NCBI GenBank assembly: GCA_947176425.1
Contig: CAMWQV010000019.1
Location: 1 to 12,309, forward strand
Direction of reading: 5' to 3'
Length of the DNA: 12,309 nucleotides
Source of the DNA: an uncultured Clostridia bacterium
GTDB lineage: Bacteria; Bacillota; Clostridia; Oscillospirales; Oscillospiraceae
In this document: one piece after another, positions 1 to 6,030 of the stretch
Layout: each line of letters begins with the position of its first letter
How positions within the stretch are numbered: the first letter of the stretch is position 1
Made by a program: the position numbers and the translations under genes
Notes under the pieces: generated by a model
Databases searched by the model: none
Seen by the model: only the letters and a program-made list of their open reading frames with translations
Told to the model about the DNA's origin: nothing

Positions 1-123
1 GATCTGGCCAAGCGCACCTATGATCTGGAAAGCCGCACTGACCGCCAGGAGGAGAAGATCAAAGCAGCCAACCACAGGATCACGGATCTGGAGGACCATC
101 ACAAGGGAGGCGGCGGGGGATGA
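1..123 (+). CDS. 3' end of a late phage protein (coiled-coil-like C-terminus), function unknown
   Basis: Frame 1 is open from the window edge. The TGA at 121-123 overlaps the next start as ATGA. The translation is DLAKRTYDLESRTDRQEEKIKAANHRITDLEDHHKGGGGG. Confidence 0.5.
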   Translation, partial: DLAKRTYDLESRTDRQEEKIKAANHRITDLEDHHKGGGGG

Positions 124-509
124 AGACAGTCCTGACCGTCTCCGCCGCATTGACTGTTGGTTTTGTTTTGGGGTTTGCACTCAGCTGGGCAACGATCTGG
201 TATCTGCGCCGCAGGGTCAGAGAGCCGCGGAGTGCGGCTCAGGTATGGCGGGAGCCTGCGAAGCCGGAGACCATGAAGCGGGTGATCTGGGTGTGCCTGG
301 GAATGGGGTTTGCCTGGGTCTGGTGCAGCTACATACTGGCCTACCTGGACAAGCCCCAGATTGCGGAGAGCTTATCCCAGGTGGCTGTTACCGAGATCAT
401 CGGCGTGGTGCTGGCCTACAGCATCAAGTCGGCGGTGGAGAATTTGAGCAAAAATAACCGCTGGCCGGATAAGGACCCGCCCAAGGATGAAGGAGGAAAA
501 ATGTCATGA
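120..509 (+). CDS. Three-TM membrane protein in the lysis cassette (holin/antiholin-like, family not recognised)
   Basis: ORF track 120..509. SD AGGGAGG lies about 9 nt upstream. Three hydrophobic segments are present: VLTVSAALTVGFVLGFALSWATIWYL, VIWVCLGMGFAWVWCSYILAYL and VAVTEIIGVVLAYSI. It is translationally coupled (ATGA) on both sides. Confidence 0.6.
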   Translation: MKTVLTVSAALTVGFVLGFALSWATIWYLRRRVREPRSAAQVWREPAKPETMKRVIWVCLGMGFAWVWCSYILAYLDKPQIAESLSQVAVTEIIGVVLAYSIKSAVENLSKNNRWPDKDPPKDEGGKMS

Positions 510-925
510 AAAAGTACATCGGAACAAAGCTGATTGAAGCGGAGCCTGCCACGAAGGACGGTGTGGACGGCTACCGCGTCCGTTACGCCGACGGCTACGA
601 GAGCTGGTCGCCCAAGGATGTGTTTGAACGAGCCTACTTGCCAGTGACGGTCAATCCGAACCTGCGGATTGACGCGCCCAGTATCAGTCAGGAAATGGTT
701 GACGGTTTCATTTCGGAGGTACACACGGAGACAATGGGCGACAAATGCACTGTCGTTCGGGCCGTGTTGCGCAATGGCTTTGAGATTGTGGAATCTTCCG
801 CCTGTGTCAGCGCAGAGAACTATGATGAGAAGCTGGGAGAAAAAATCTGCCTCGAAAAAATCAAGGACAAGGTTTGGATGCTGCTTGGCTTCCTGCTTCA
901 GACTGCGGTAAACGGCATTCGTTGA
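506..925 (+). CDS. Gp49-like phage protein (N4 Gp49 / Sf6 gp66 family, PF13876-like)
   Basis: ORF track 506..925. SD AAGGAGG lies 9 nt upstream. The C-terminal block KCTVVRAVLRNGFEIVESSACVSAENYDEKLGEKICLEKIKDKVWMLLGFLLQ matches the family signature as I remember it (NGF.v.ESsaCV.p.NyD...G..ia......K.W.leGy.L). Confidence 0.7.
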   Translation: MKKYIGTKLIEAEPATKDGVDGYRVRYADGYESWSPKDVFERAYLPVTVNPNLRIDAPSISQEMVDGFISEVHTETMGDKCTVVRAVLRNGFEIVESSACVSAENYDEKLGEKICLEKIKDKVWMLLGFLLQTAVNGIR

Positions 926-937
926 AGGAGACTGTAC

Positions 938-1159
938 ATGAAAACACAGATTGATTGGAAGCGCAAACTGTCCAGCCGAAAGCTGTGGGCCGCCGTGGCG
1001 GGAATCGTCGCGGGGCTGGCCATGGTATTTGGGTTGGACGGCGATACCATCTCCAATGTGGCCGGGGCCGTAGTGTCTGTGGCCTCGCTGGTGACGTACA
1101 TCATTGCAGAGGGCCGCGTGGATGCGGCCTGGGCCAAGAAGGAGGAAACAGGAGTATGA
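938..1159 (+). CDS. Small two-TM phage holin
   Basis: ORF track 938..1159, 73 aa. SD AAGGAG lies 7 nt upstream. Two TM helices (LWAAVAGIVAGLAMVFGL and VAGAVVSVASLVTYIIA) are followed by a charged C-terminus. The stop overlaps the endolysin start (ATGA at 1156-1159). Confidence 0.65.
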   Translation: MKTQIDWKRKLSSRKLWAAVAGIVAGLAMVFGLDGDTISNVAGAVVSVASLVTYIIAEGRVDAAWAKKEETGV

Positions 1160-1935
1160 CCGCACAGGAACGCTTGATTGCCACCGCAGAGAAGCAGGTG
1201 GGCTATATCGGCAAGAAATCCAACGCACAGCTGGACAGTGCTGCCGCCAACGCGGGCGGCAAGTATAACAAGTTCGCCCGCGATCTGGATGCGCTGAAGG
1301 ACTTCTATAACGGTCCGAAAAACGGCTACGACTGGTGCGATGTGTTTGTGGATTGGTGCTTTGTAACCACCTTTGGCCGGGAGCTGGCTCAAAAGCTGCT
1401 CTGCCAGCCTAACCGCTCCTGCGGAGCCGGGACAGGCTATTCTTTGGCCTACTACAAGTCCAATGGGCGGTTCTTCTCCACTCCACAGGTGGGTGACCAA
1501 ATCTTTTTCGGGGACTCTAAGTCCACCTGGCACACTGGCATTGTCACCCGTGTAACTGCCGGACTGGTTTACACTGTGGAGGGAAACGCAGGTTCTCCTC
1601 TCGGAGTCCATGCGTTCAGTTACCCCATCAACAGCAAAACCATCAAGGGTTACGGGCGCCCCAACTGGGCGCTGGTGCCCGCTGCGGAGTCCGCGCCGAC
1701 TGCGTCGGCTGCCGGCGCGCAGCCCGCCGGCGTCAAGGTAGGGGATATCGTGGACTTCAGAGGCTCGACGCACTACGCCAGCAGCAGCGCTGCCAAGGGC
1801 TCCGCCTGTAAGCCGGGGAAGGCCAAGGTGACGGCGGTGGCAAAGAACGCCGCCCACCCGTACCATCTGGTTAGGGAGAGCGGCGGCGGATCTACCGTCT
1901 ATGGATGGGTGGACGCGAAGGACATTCTGCGCTGA
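1156..1935 (+). CDS. Endolysin: N-terminal CHAP/NlpC-P60-type amidase-peptidase plus C-terminal SH3-like cell-wall-binding domain
   Basis: This is an in-frame ATG at 1156 inside track ORF 955..1935, coupled to the holin stop. The candidate catalytic Cys is in GYDWCDVFVDWCF and the His in STWHTGIV. An Ala/Pro linker follows. The tail GDIVDFRGSTHYASS...HPYHLVRESGGGSTVYGWVDAKDI is typical of clostridial endolysin binding modules. Confidence 0.85.
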   Translation: MTAQERLIATAEKQVGYIGKKSNAQLDSAAANAGGKYNKFARDLDALKDFYNGPKNGYDWCDVFVDWCFVTTFGRELAQKLLCQPNRSCGAGTGYSLAYYKSNGRFFSTPQVGDQIFFGDSKSTWHTGIVTRVTAGLVYTVEGNAGSPLGVHAFSYPINSKTIKGYGRPNWALVPAAESAPTASAAGAQPAGVKVGDIVDFRGSTHYASSSAAKGSACKPGKAKVTAVAKNAAHPYHLVRESGGGSTVYGWVDAKDILR

Positions 1936-1940
1936 TATAT

Positions 1941-1982
1941 GGGGGAAACCGGGACGACCGGCTTCCCCCATTTTTGCTTTTT
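1941..1982 (+). terminator. Rho-independent terminator of the late/lysis operon
   Basis: The stem GGGGGAAACCGG/CCGGCTTCCCCC (1941-1952 / 1958-1969) pairs at 11 of 12 positions with loop GACGA. It is followed by TTTTTGCTTTTT. Confidence 0.85.
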
Positions 1983-1992
1983 CAACGTTGAA
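1981..1992. promoter_or_regulatory. Perfect 12-bp palindrome TTCAACGTTGAA, same half-sites as the immunity-region operators
   Basis: TTCAAC/GTTGAA are the exact half-sites of the operators at 8473-8487 and 8534-8552. Here they abut with zero spacer instead of N3. Confidence 0.35.
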
Positions 1993-2270
1993 TTAATTTG
2001 GCAGTAATATGCAATTAACGCACGATTAACGCAACAGCAACACACGAAAAATACAACATTAACAATCGAGCAACTTGTTTTCAATACCTGCATCTTTTCC
2101 AAATTTATGCGGGTATGGCCGTGTTCAGTTCTCAAGGTGCCTATATAAAAGGGGCGGCGGTTGACTCCCCCTGTGCCGATGGGGTATACCCATGAGCGCC
2201 CCCGCTTCTGTTCAAGCGGGACCGGGCTTGCACCGGTGGCGGCCTGGGGCCGTCGGCCTTGCGGGTCGAT

Positions 2271-2507
2271 TTACATTTTGGGGAGCTTTGCCAGAGCGGT
2301 CTCACGGGTTTTCCCAAACCAGGGCTTCTGGAGTACACCAGGAGCCGGAAGGAACGCCCAAGTTTCAGGAGAATAGTCAGCATATTCAAAAATGCCCTCC
2401 TGGAGCAGATCGCCAACAGTACCTACGACACCGAAGCACACCTCTTTGTCATCGCTCCACACTTTTCGGATGCTGCCAGTGTAGTCACGCTTTTTAGTGA
2501 ATTTCAT
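2271..2507 (-). CDS. Hypothetical 78-aa protein
   Basis: This is the internal ATG at 2507 of track ORF 2271..2594, with SD GAAAGGA 8 nt upstream. The earlier in-frame starts would overlap the upstream gene and lack an SD. The sequence begins MKFTKKRDYTGSIRKVWSDDKEVCFGVVG. No family was recognised. Confidence 0.5.
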   Translation of the reverse strand: MKFTKKRDYTGSIRKVWSDDKEVCFGVVGTVGDLLQEGIFEYADYSPETWAFLPAPGVLQKPWFGKTRETALAKLPKM

Positions 2508-2550
2508 TTCAATCGTCCTTTCTACCCTCATAACCTCTGGGGTGGTATTG

Positions 2551-2724
2551 TCAGTCGGTTTTGTCCATGCTCTCGATAAGTTCGATGCATTCATTGACTG
2601 CGGCGGCTTTCGCCTTTGCTACGGCAGCGTCAAGCGCGGTAATGCGCCCACCCCTGCCCGCCTCTGTCATATAAGCATCAGCGAGGTGTGCGAGCGCGGA
2701 TATTATTCTGTCGATCTTTCCCAC
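2551..2724 (-). CDS. Hypothetical 57-aa helical protein (GTG start)
   Basis: Not in the ORF track, being under 60 aa. SD AAGGAGG lies 8 nt upstream of the GTG at 2724. The translation is VGKIDRIISALAHLADAYMTEAGRGGRITALDAAVAKAKAAAVNECIELIESMDKTD, with the stop at 2551-2553. Confidence 0.5.
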   Translation of the reverse strand: MGKIDRIISALAHLADAYMTEAGRGGRITALDAAVAKAKAAAVNECIELIESMDKTD

Positions 2725-2767
2725 TTTGAAAAGCCTCCTTGATTTTTCTGCTTTGCTCTGTTATCAT

Positions 2768-2801
2768 GGAGGCGGTCGGGGTAAGGCTCCCGACCGCCTC
2801 C
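2768..2801. other. 13-bp perfect GC-rich hairpin between minus-strand cistrons
   Basis: GGAGGCGGTCGGG (2768-2780) pairs with CCCGACCGCCTCC (2789-2801) around loop GTAAGGCT. There is no U-tract on either strand, so this could be an intercistronic stabiliser, a processing element or a U-less terminator. Confidence 0.5.
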
Positions 2802-2861
2802 GTTTGGCCTGCTGTAGGTCCCTGTGGTTTGTCAGGCCGGGGGCCTACTTTTACGTTTACC

Positions 2862-2942
2862 TCACCTCTTAATTTTCCGAATGACCCACCGCACCAGCAG
2901 AAAGACCGGCACAAAGATAATCACAAACAATAAATATTTCAT
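2862..2942 (-). CDS. 26-aa hydrophobic peptide with basic C-terminus (MKYLLFVIIFVPVFLLVRWVIRKIKR)
   Basis: Hand-translated and too short for the track. SD AAGGGGGG lies about 5 nt upstream of the ATG at 2942, and the TGA is at 2862-2864. It has a single TM helix plus an RKIKR tail. Confidence 0.4.
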   Translation of the reverse strand: MKYLLFVIIFVPVFLLVRWVIRKIKR

Positions 2943-3018
2943 GTTTACCCCCCTTGACGATTTTGTTGAAATCTTTTATATTTGGGGTGCGGGGGTTGAG
3001 GCCCCGCACCCCTGGCCC

Positions 3019-3159
3019 TTACCAGCCCAGCAATTTGAGGATTGCCGCTGTGATTAGGCCGGAAATGATGCCCGCCAGGATGTTGTCTTGGAACGATTCC
3101 TTCCTATCGGGCCGCGCCGCAGGTTTCGGCTTGCGGCGCTTTTTCTTTTGCTTTGCCAT
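3019..3159 (-). CDS. 46-aa tail-anchored membrane peptide with poly-basic N-terminus
   Basis: Hand-translated as MAKQKKKRRKPKPAARPDRKESFQDNILAGIISGLITAAILKLLGW. SD GAGGAGGTGAG lies about 6 nt upstream of the ATG at 3159, and the TAA is at 3019-3021. Confidence 0.55.
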   Translation of the reverse strand: MAKQKKKRRKPKPAARPDRKESFQDNILAGIISGLITAAILKLLGW

Positions 3160-3185
3160 TGCTCTCACCTCCTCTCTATGTTTTT

Positions 3186-3214
3186 ATTATACGCTTACTT
3201 GCGCAAGTAATCAA
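3186..3214 (-). promoter_or_regulatory. Sigma-70-type promoter for the minus-strand small-gene operon
   Basis: The minus strand reads TTGATT (3209-3214), a 17-nt spacer, then TATAAT (3186-3191). The 16-bp palindrome fills the spacer. Confidence 0.5.
3195..3210. promoter_or_regulatory. Perfect 16-bp palindromic operator TTACTTGCGCAAGTAA
   Basis: The palindrome is seen directly. A 14-nt direct copy of GCTTACTTGCGCAA occurs at 3193-3206 and again at 3259-3272, where it overlaps the -35 of the divergent RHH gene promoter. Confidence 0.6.
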
Positions 3215-3264
3215 TATGGGATATTTCACAAATATTTGACACTTAAATTGTTTATTTTGCTTAC

Positions 3265-3293
3265 TTGCGCAATATATATTTCCAGGTTATAAT
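3265..3293 (+). promoter_or_regulatory. Promoter of the RHH gene
   Basis: TTGCGC (3265-3270), a 17-nt spacer, then TATAAT (3288-3293). The -35 lies inside the second copy of the operator motif. Confidence 0.5.
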
Positions 3294-3316
3294 AGCACCT
3301 GGAGGGGAGTGATAGC

Positions 3317-3550
3317 ATGGGAGGCCGCGCTAGTTCCGCAAGTAAAAACAAGTGGATCGCTAAAGCGTATGACCGAATAAATCTGACTGTGCCAAAGGGC
3401 GATAAGGACAGGCTCCAAGCCCACGCAGAGGCCCGTGGGGAGTCCGTCAACGGCTTTATCAAGCGGGCCATATCTGAGACCATGGAACGGGACAACGCCG
3501 ATCTTGGGGCCGCTGAGGGCCGCGCAGAGGCAAAAGAGGAGGGCACCTGA
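3317..3550 (+). CDS. Ribbon-helix-helix (Arc/CopG-type) DNA-binding protein
   Basis: ORF track 3317..3550, with SD GGAGGGG upstream. The pattern AYDRINLTVPKGDKDRLQAHAEARGESVNGFIKRAISE is a beta-strand followed by two helices, typical of the RHH fold. It sits divergent from an operator-bearing promoter. Confidence 0.7.
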   Translation: MGGRASSASKNKWIAKAYDRINLTVPKGDKDRLQAHAEARGESVNGFIKRAISETMERDNADLGAAEGRAEAKEEGT

Positions 3551-3552
3551 TT

Positions 3553-3720
3553 TCAGGTGTCCTCCAATTCTATTTTATCGACCTTTTCCTCAAACTCCTT
3601 CACCCATTCCTTACAAGCCCATTCGATTTCTTTGATTCTGGAGCGTCCGTAGTATTTCCCGATATAGCTCATCTTCTGAGCAAGTTCCTTGTCCATGACC
3701 ATTGTGAATTTTATATCCAT
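3553..3720 (-). CDS. 55-aa RHH-like small protein
   Basis: Hand-translated as MDIKFTMVMDKELAQKMSYIGKYYGRSRIKEIEWACKEWVKEFEEKVDKIELEDT. SD GAGGTGA lies 5 nt upstream of the ATG at 3720, and the stop is at 3553-3555. The strand-helix-helix pattern resembles CopG/antitoxin-type proteins. Confidence 0.55.
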   Translation of the reverse strand: MDIKFTMVMDKELAQKMSYIGKYYGRSRIKEIEWACKEWVKEFEEKVDKIELEDT

Positions 3721-3801
3721 TGCAATCACCTCACCAGTATTCTACCTGTCAGGCATTGCTTTGGGGCGAATCCAGTATTGATTTCATACTGCAAATGTGT
3801 T

Positions 3802-3843
3802 AAAATAAAGCCGCCGACCAGGAGCGGTAACTCCTGGTCGGCG
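3802..3843 (-). terminator. Rho-independent terminator of the Spo0A_C-like gene
   Basis: A 13-bp stem pairs 3812-3824 with 3831-3843 (CGCCGACCAGGAG / CTCCTGGTCGGCG) around loop CGGTAA. The minus strand then reads TTTATTTTA. Confidence 0.8.
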
Positions 3844-3851
3844 ACAGGGCC

Positions 3852-4193
3852 TTATGTTTGATTACGGCGGATGTACTCCGCTACAGCCGAAATGAATTCT
3901 GTGGGCCAGGGACGCTCGGCGAGGTGGTATCCGACAACCTCGTCGAGCTTTTCTCTTCCACCCCGTTCCCAGCATGTATTTATTGCGGTTCGATTGGCAC
4001 GGTCAACGGCTTTCCACGTTGTACCGTAGTGCCTTGCTGCCTCCGGGTAGAGGTCTTTGGTGATCCCCTGGATACGCATTGGCTCAGCGACGATCCGCTC
4101 TATGCTGTACGTCAAGTATTGGTATCCGCATAGCCTCATGGGGATGTGTAATTCATTTAATGTCTGCTGTACGACCACAGTAATGCTATCCAT
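3852..4193 (-). CDS. Stand-alone Spo0A C-terminal (Spo0A_C, PF08769-like) DNA-binding domain protein, no receiver domain
   Basis: ORF track 3852..4193, with SD AAAGGAG 8 nt upstream. The stretch LHIPMRLCGYQYLTYSIERIVAEPMRIQGITKDLYPEAARHYGTTWKAVDRANRTAINTCWERGG...PTEFISAVAEYIR aligns by eye to B. subtilis Spo0A IGVPAHIKGYLYLREAI...[36 protein letters not shown]...PTNSEFIAMVADKLR. Confidence 0.85.
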   Translation of the reverse strand: MDSITVVVQQTLNELHIPMRLCGYQYLTYSIERIVAEPMRIQGITKDLYPEAARHYGTTWKAVDRANRTAINTCWERGGREKLDEVVGYHLAERPWPTEFISAVAEYIRRNQT

Positions 4194-4284
4194 AACGCAT
4201 CTCCTTTGTCTTTTCTGTGGATTGCGCTACAGAGCAAGGAGGTCCACGGTTACGCGGAGGGGGTCCCCTCCCCTTTGACCACAT

Positions 4285-4326
4285 AAAAATGCAACTCCGT
4301 TCACTAAGAATAGAGTTGCATTTTTT
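4285..4326 (-). terminator. Bidirectional intrinsic terminator downstream of the recombinase gene
   Basis: The stem ATGCAACTC (4289-4297) / GAGTTGCAT (4313-4321) has an A-run on the left and a T-run (4321-4326) on the right. A U-tract therefore follows the hairpin on either strand. Confidence 0.7.
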
Positions 4327-4375
4327 ACTACATAGATTTAATTAGCCGGTCGGTTTATTAAATCTGTGTAGTAAA
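4324..4375. repeat. 52-bp imperfect inverted repeat (19-nt arms, 1 mismatch, 14-nt spacer TAGCCGGTCGGTTT)
   Basis: Arms 4324-4342 and 4357-4375 have the core ACTACATAGATTTAAT / ATTAAATCTGTGTAGT. The repeat starts 13 nt past the recombinase stop, with no U-tract on either strand. Confidence 0.7.
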
Positions 4376-4387
4376 TTCCTTGAAAAA

Positions 4388-5779
4388 TTAAGGCCGAAAA
4401 GATATTGAAATTTGGCGGGAGGGATAAATGTATATTTTGTCAATTACCATTCGCCAAAAAGCCTGTTTGCCAAGACGGTCGAGCCCACTATACATTTCCT
4501 GCCACCCGAGTGTGAAAATCGACAACAGCCTGTCTCCGTGCGGGAGTGAGGGAGATATACTATGTTCCTCAATGTCCAGGGCATCCATTTGGGCTGTGAG
4601 TGCTTCAAAATCTTTCCGGTACAACTCCAAGTCGATTATATCATCAACGTACAGATCTTTCAAGCGGGAAAATTTCTTGCGCAGCTTAGCGCGCTCCTCC
4701 TGGAAATTCTTCACGGGCGGCGCGGAAGATCTGAGCTGCTCGAGTTCGGCAACATATTTCTCTAATTCTGAGTCAATATTCTCCAGCAAGTATTCTTCAA
4801 TCACGATTTCACGTATATTAACGCCGTTGGTGCAATTGCCCTTAATATATTTACCGTGGCAGTTATAAGAAGTTGTATAGGTCTTCCCTCCGGACTTCAA
4901 AATATGTGAATAGGTGCGGCCACCAAAACGATGGCCGCACTGTGGACAATAGATCAGCCCCGTAAATAGGTACACCCGGTTTCCGTCGGTTTTCCGCTCT
5001 GTTCTGCGGCGATTTGCCTTAATGTCGTCATACTGCTCTTTTGTGATATAAGCAGGGCACATTTTGTCTATACCGCCAAAACGACCGTAATATGCTTCGT
5101 TATTCAACATATTCAATGTAAGATGGTAAGAAAAAAGAATACCATATCGTTCCTGTACCGCTGACCGTGCTTTTTGAACAGATCGGCTGGTCAAAAAAGT
5201 TTCAAAGAAACAGGACATAGGGCCCTCCATCTCGGGGTCCTTCACAATTTTCTTTCCCTCGATTTTATAGCCGGTCGGAACGCTTCCTGTGCACGGCTCC
5301 TTACGCTCCTTCTTGGCATCAAACACAGCCCTGATTCGCTCGCTGGTGCGGTCAGCCTCGTCCTGCGCTACCGATAACATGATGTTGATCTTCAGGCGGC
5401 CCGAAGCGGTAGAGGTGTCGTAGTCCTCATGGATCGTCTTCCAGTTGACCTTATGGGTCTCTAAGACTTCCTGCACCTTGTAGTATTCGGATATGTTCCG
5501 AAACCACCTATCCAGCTTTGTGAAGACGATCAAGTCGATTTTTCCGCTGCGCACATCCTCCAGGAGCCGCTGCAGCTCCGGCCGCTTCGTGGCGGGCTTC
5601 CGGGCAGAGATGCCTGCGTCCACATAGTAGCCCGCGATCTTCACGTGGTTCTCCGCCGCCCAGGCATCCAGTGCCTCGCGCTGCGCCCCGATGGACAGGC
5701 CATGGATGGCCTGTTCCTCGGTTGACACTCTCAGATAAGCTGCGACTTTGGTCAGTACGGGAAATTCTTTTGACTTCAT
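4388..5779 (-). CDS. Large serine recombinase (phage integrase type)
   Basis: ORF track 4388..5779, 463 aa, with SD AGGAGG 8 nt upstream. The N-terminal resolvase catalytic motif is AAYLRVSTEEQ...GLSIGAQ. It also has a recombinase domain, a zinc ribbon (CPQCGH...YNCHGKYIKGNC) and a C-terminal coiled coil. Confidence 0.95.
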   Translation of the reverse strand: MKSKEFPVLTKVAAYLRVSTEEQAIHGLSIGAQREALDAWAAENHVKIAGYYVDAGISARKPATKRPELQRLLEDVRSGKIDLIVFTKLDRWFRNISEYYKVQEVLETHKVNWKTIHEDYDTSTASGRLKINIMLSVAQDEADRTSERIRAVFDAKKERKEPCTGSVPTGYKIEGKKIVKDPEMEGPMSCFFETFLTSRSVQKARSAVQERYGILFSYHLTLNMLNNEAYYGRFGGIDKMCPAYITKEQYDDIKANRRRTERKTDGNRVYLFTGLIYCPQCGHRFGGRTYSHILKSGGKTYTTSYNCHGKYIKGNCTNGVNIREIVIEEYLLENIDSELEKYVAELEQLRSSAPPVKNFQEERAKLRKKFSRLKDLYVDDIIDLELYRKDFEALTAQMDALDIEEHSISPSLPHGDRLLSIFTLGWQEMYSGLDRLGKQAFWRMVIDKIYIYPSRQISISFRP

Positions 5780-5811
5780 CTTGTTTTCCTCCTGTTACCA
5801 TGATATTATAG

Positions 5812-5844
5812 GAGGGCAGATGGCTTGCCAAAGTATCTGCCCTC
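5812..5844. repeat. 10-bp perfect inverted repeat upstream of the recombinase start
   Basis: GAGGGCAGAT (5812-5821) pairs with ATCTGCCCTC (5835-5844) across a 13-nt spacer. On the minus strand it abuts a TATAAT (5804-5809), with a TTGGCA-like -35 inside the loop at a short 15-nt spacing. This is a possible operator or int promoter. Confidence 0.4.
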
Positions 5845-5998
5845 ATAACCGTCCTCAGTGTTCCCGCACTGGGGGCGGCTTTTATTTGGTGGTTGTACCC
5901 AAATAGGAAACCTTTCTCTCTTGTGTGCGTATTGTTATAGTGGGAACGATGCCAGTGTGGCAGAAAATAAAACTAATGTTTCATCCCACTAAAAACCA

Positions 5999-6027
5999 TT
6001 GACAAAACACAGTCGATGAGGTATACT
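5999..6027 (+). promoter_or_regulatory. Near-consensus sigma-70 promoter with no downstream plus-strand ORF
   Basis: TTGACA (5999-6004), a 17-nt spacer, then TATACT (6022-6027). It points antisense into the 3' end of the 6110..7108 gene. Confidence 0.55.
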
Positions 6028-6030
6028 AAT

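Noticed and set aside
955-1155. N-terminal extension of the endolysin ORF (track start 955)
   Set aside because: The extension overlaps the holin gene in another frame and is Arg/Gly-rich. The ATG at 1156 is coupled to the holin stop and begins the recognisable CHAP domain.
416-1971. Long minus-strand ORFs 416..1228 (270 aa) and 898..1971 (357 aa) across the lysis cassette
   Set aside because: They are antisense shadow frames of well-supported SD-led plus genes in GC-rich DNA. Their products are Arg/Gly/Pro/Ser-rich, have no SD and contain no recognisable domain.
2141-2594. Cluster of overlapping 70-107 aa ORFs on both strands (2141..2416, 2161..2376, 2192..2497, 2259..2579, and the full-length 2271..2594)
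   Set aside because: They have no SD sequences, exclude one another and have odd composition. Only the 2271..2507 portion of the minus frame has a properly spaced SD and does not collide with the upstream gene.
2739-2767. Plus-strand TTGATT-17-TATCAT promoter-like match, considered as the source of an antisense RNA to the 26-aa peptide gene
   Set aside because: The predicted start would fall inside the 5' arm of the 13-bp hairpin at 2768-2801. No plus-strand terminator follows, and the -10 is imperfect. This is too weak to call.
4428-5846. Plus-strand ORFs inside the recombinase gene (4428..4868, 4562..4765, 5174..5377) and minus ORF 5508..5846
   Set aside because: These are shadow or alternative frames of a full-length, domain-complete serine recombinase. 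None has independent support.
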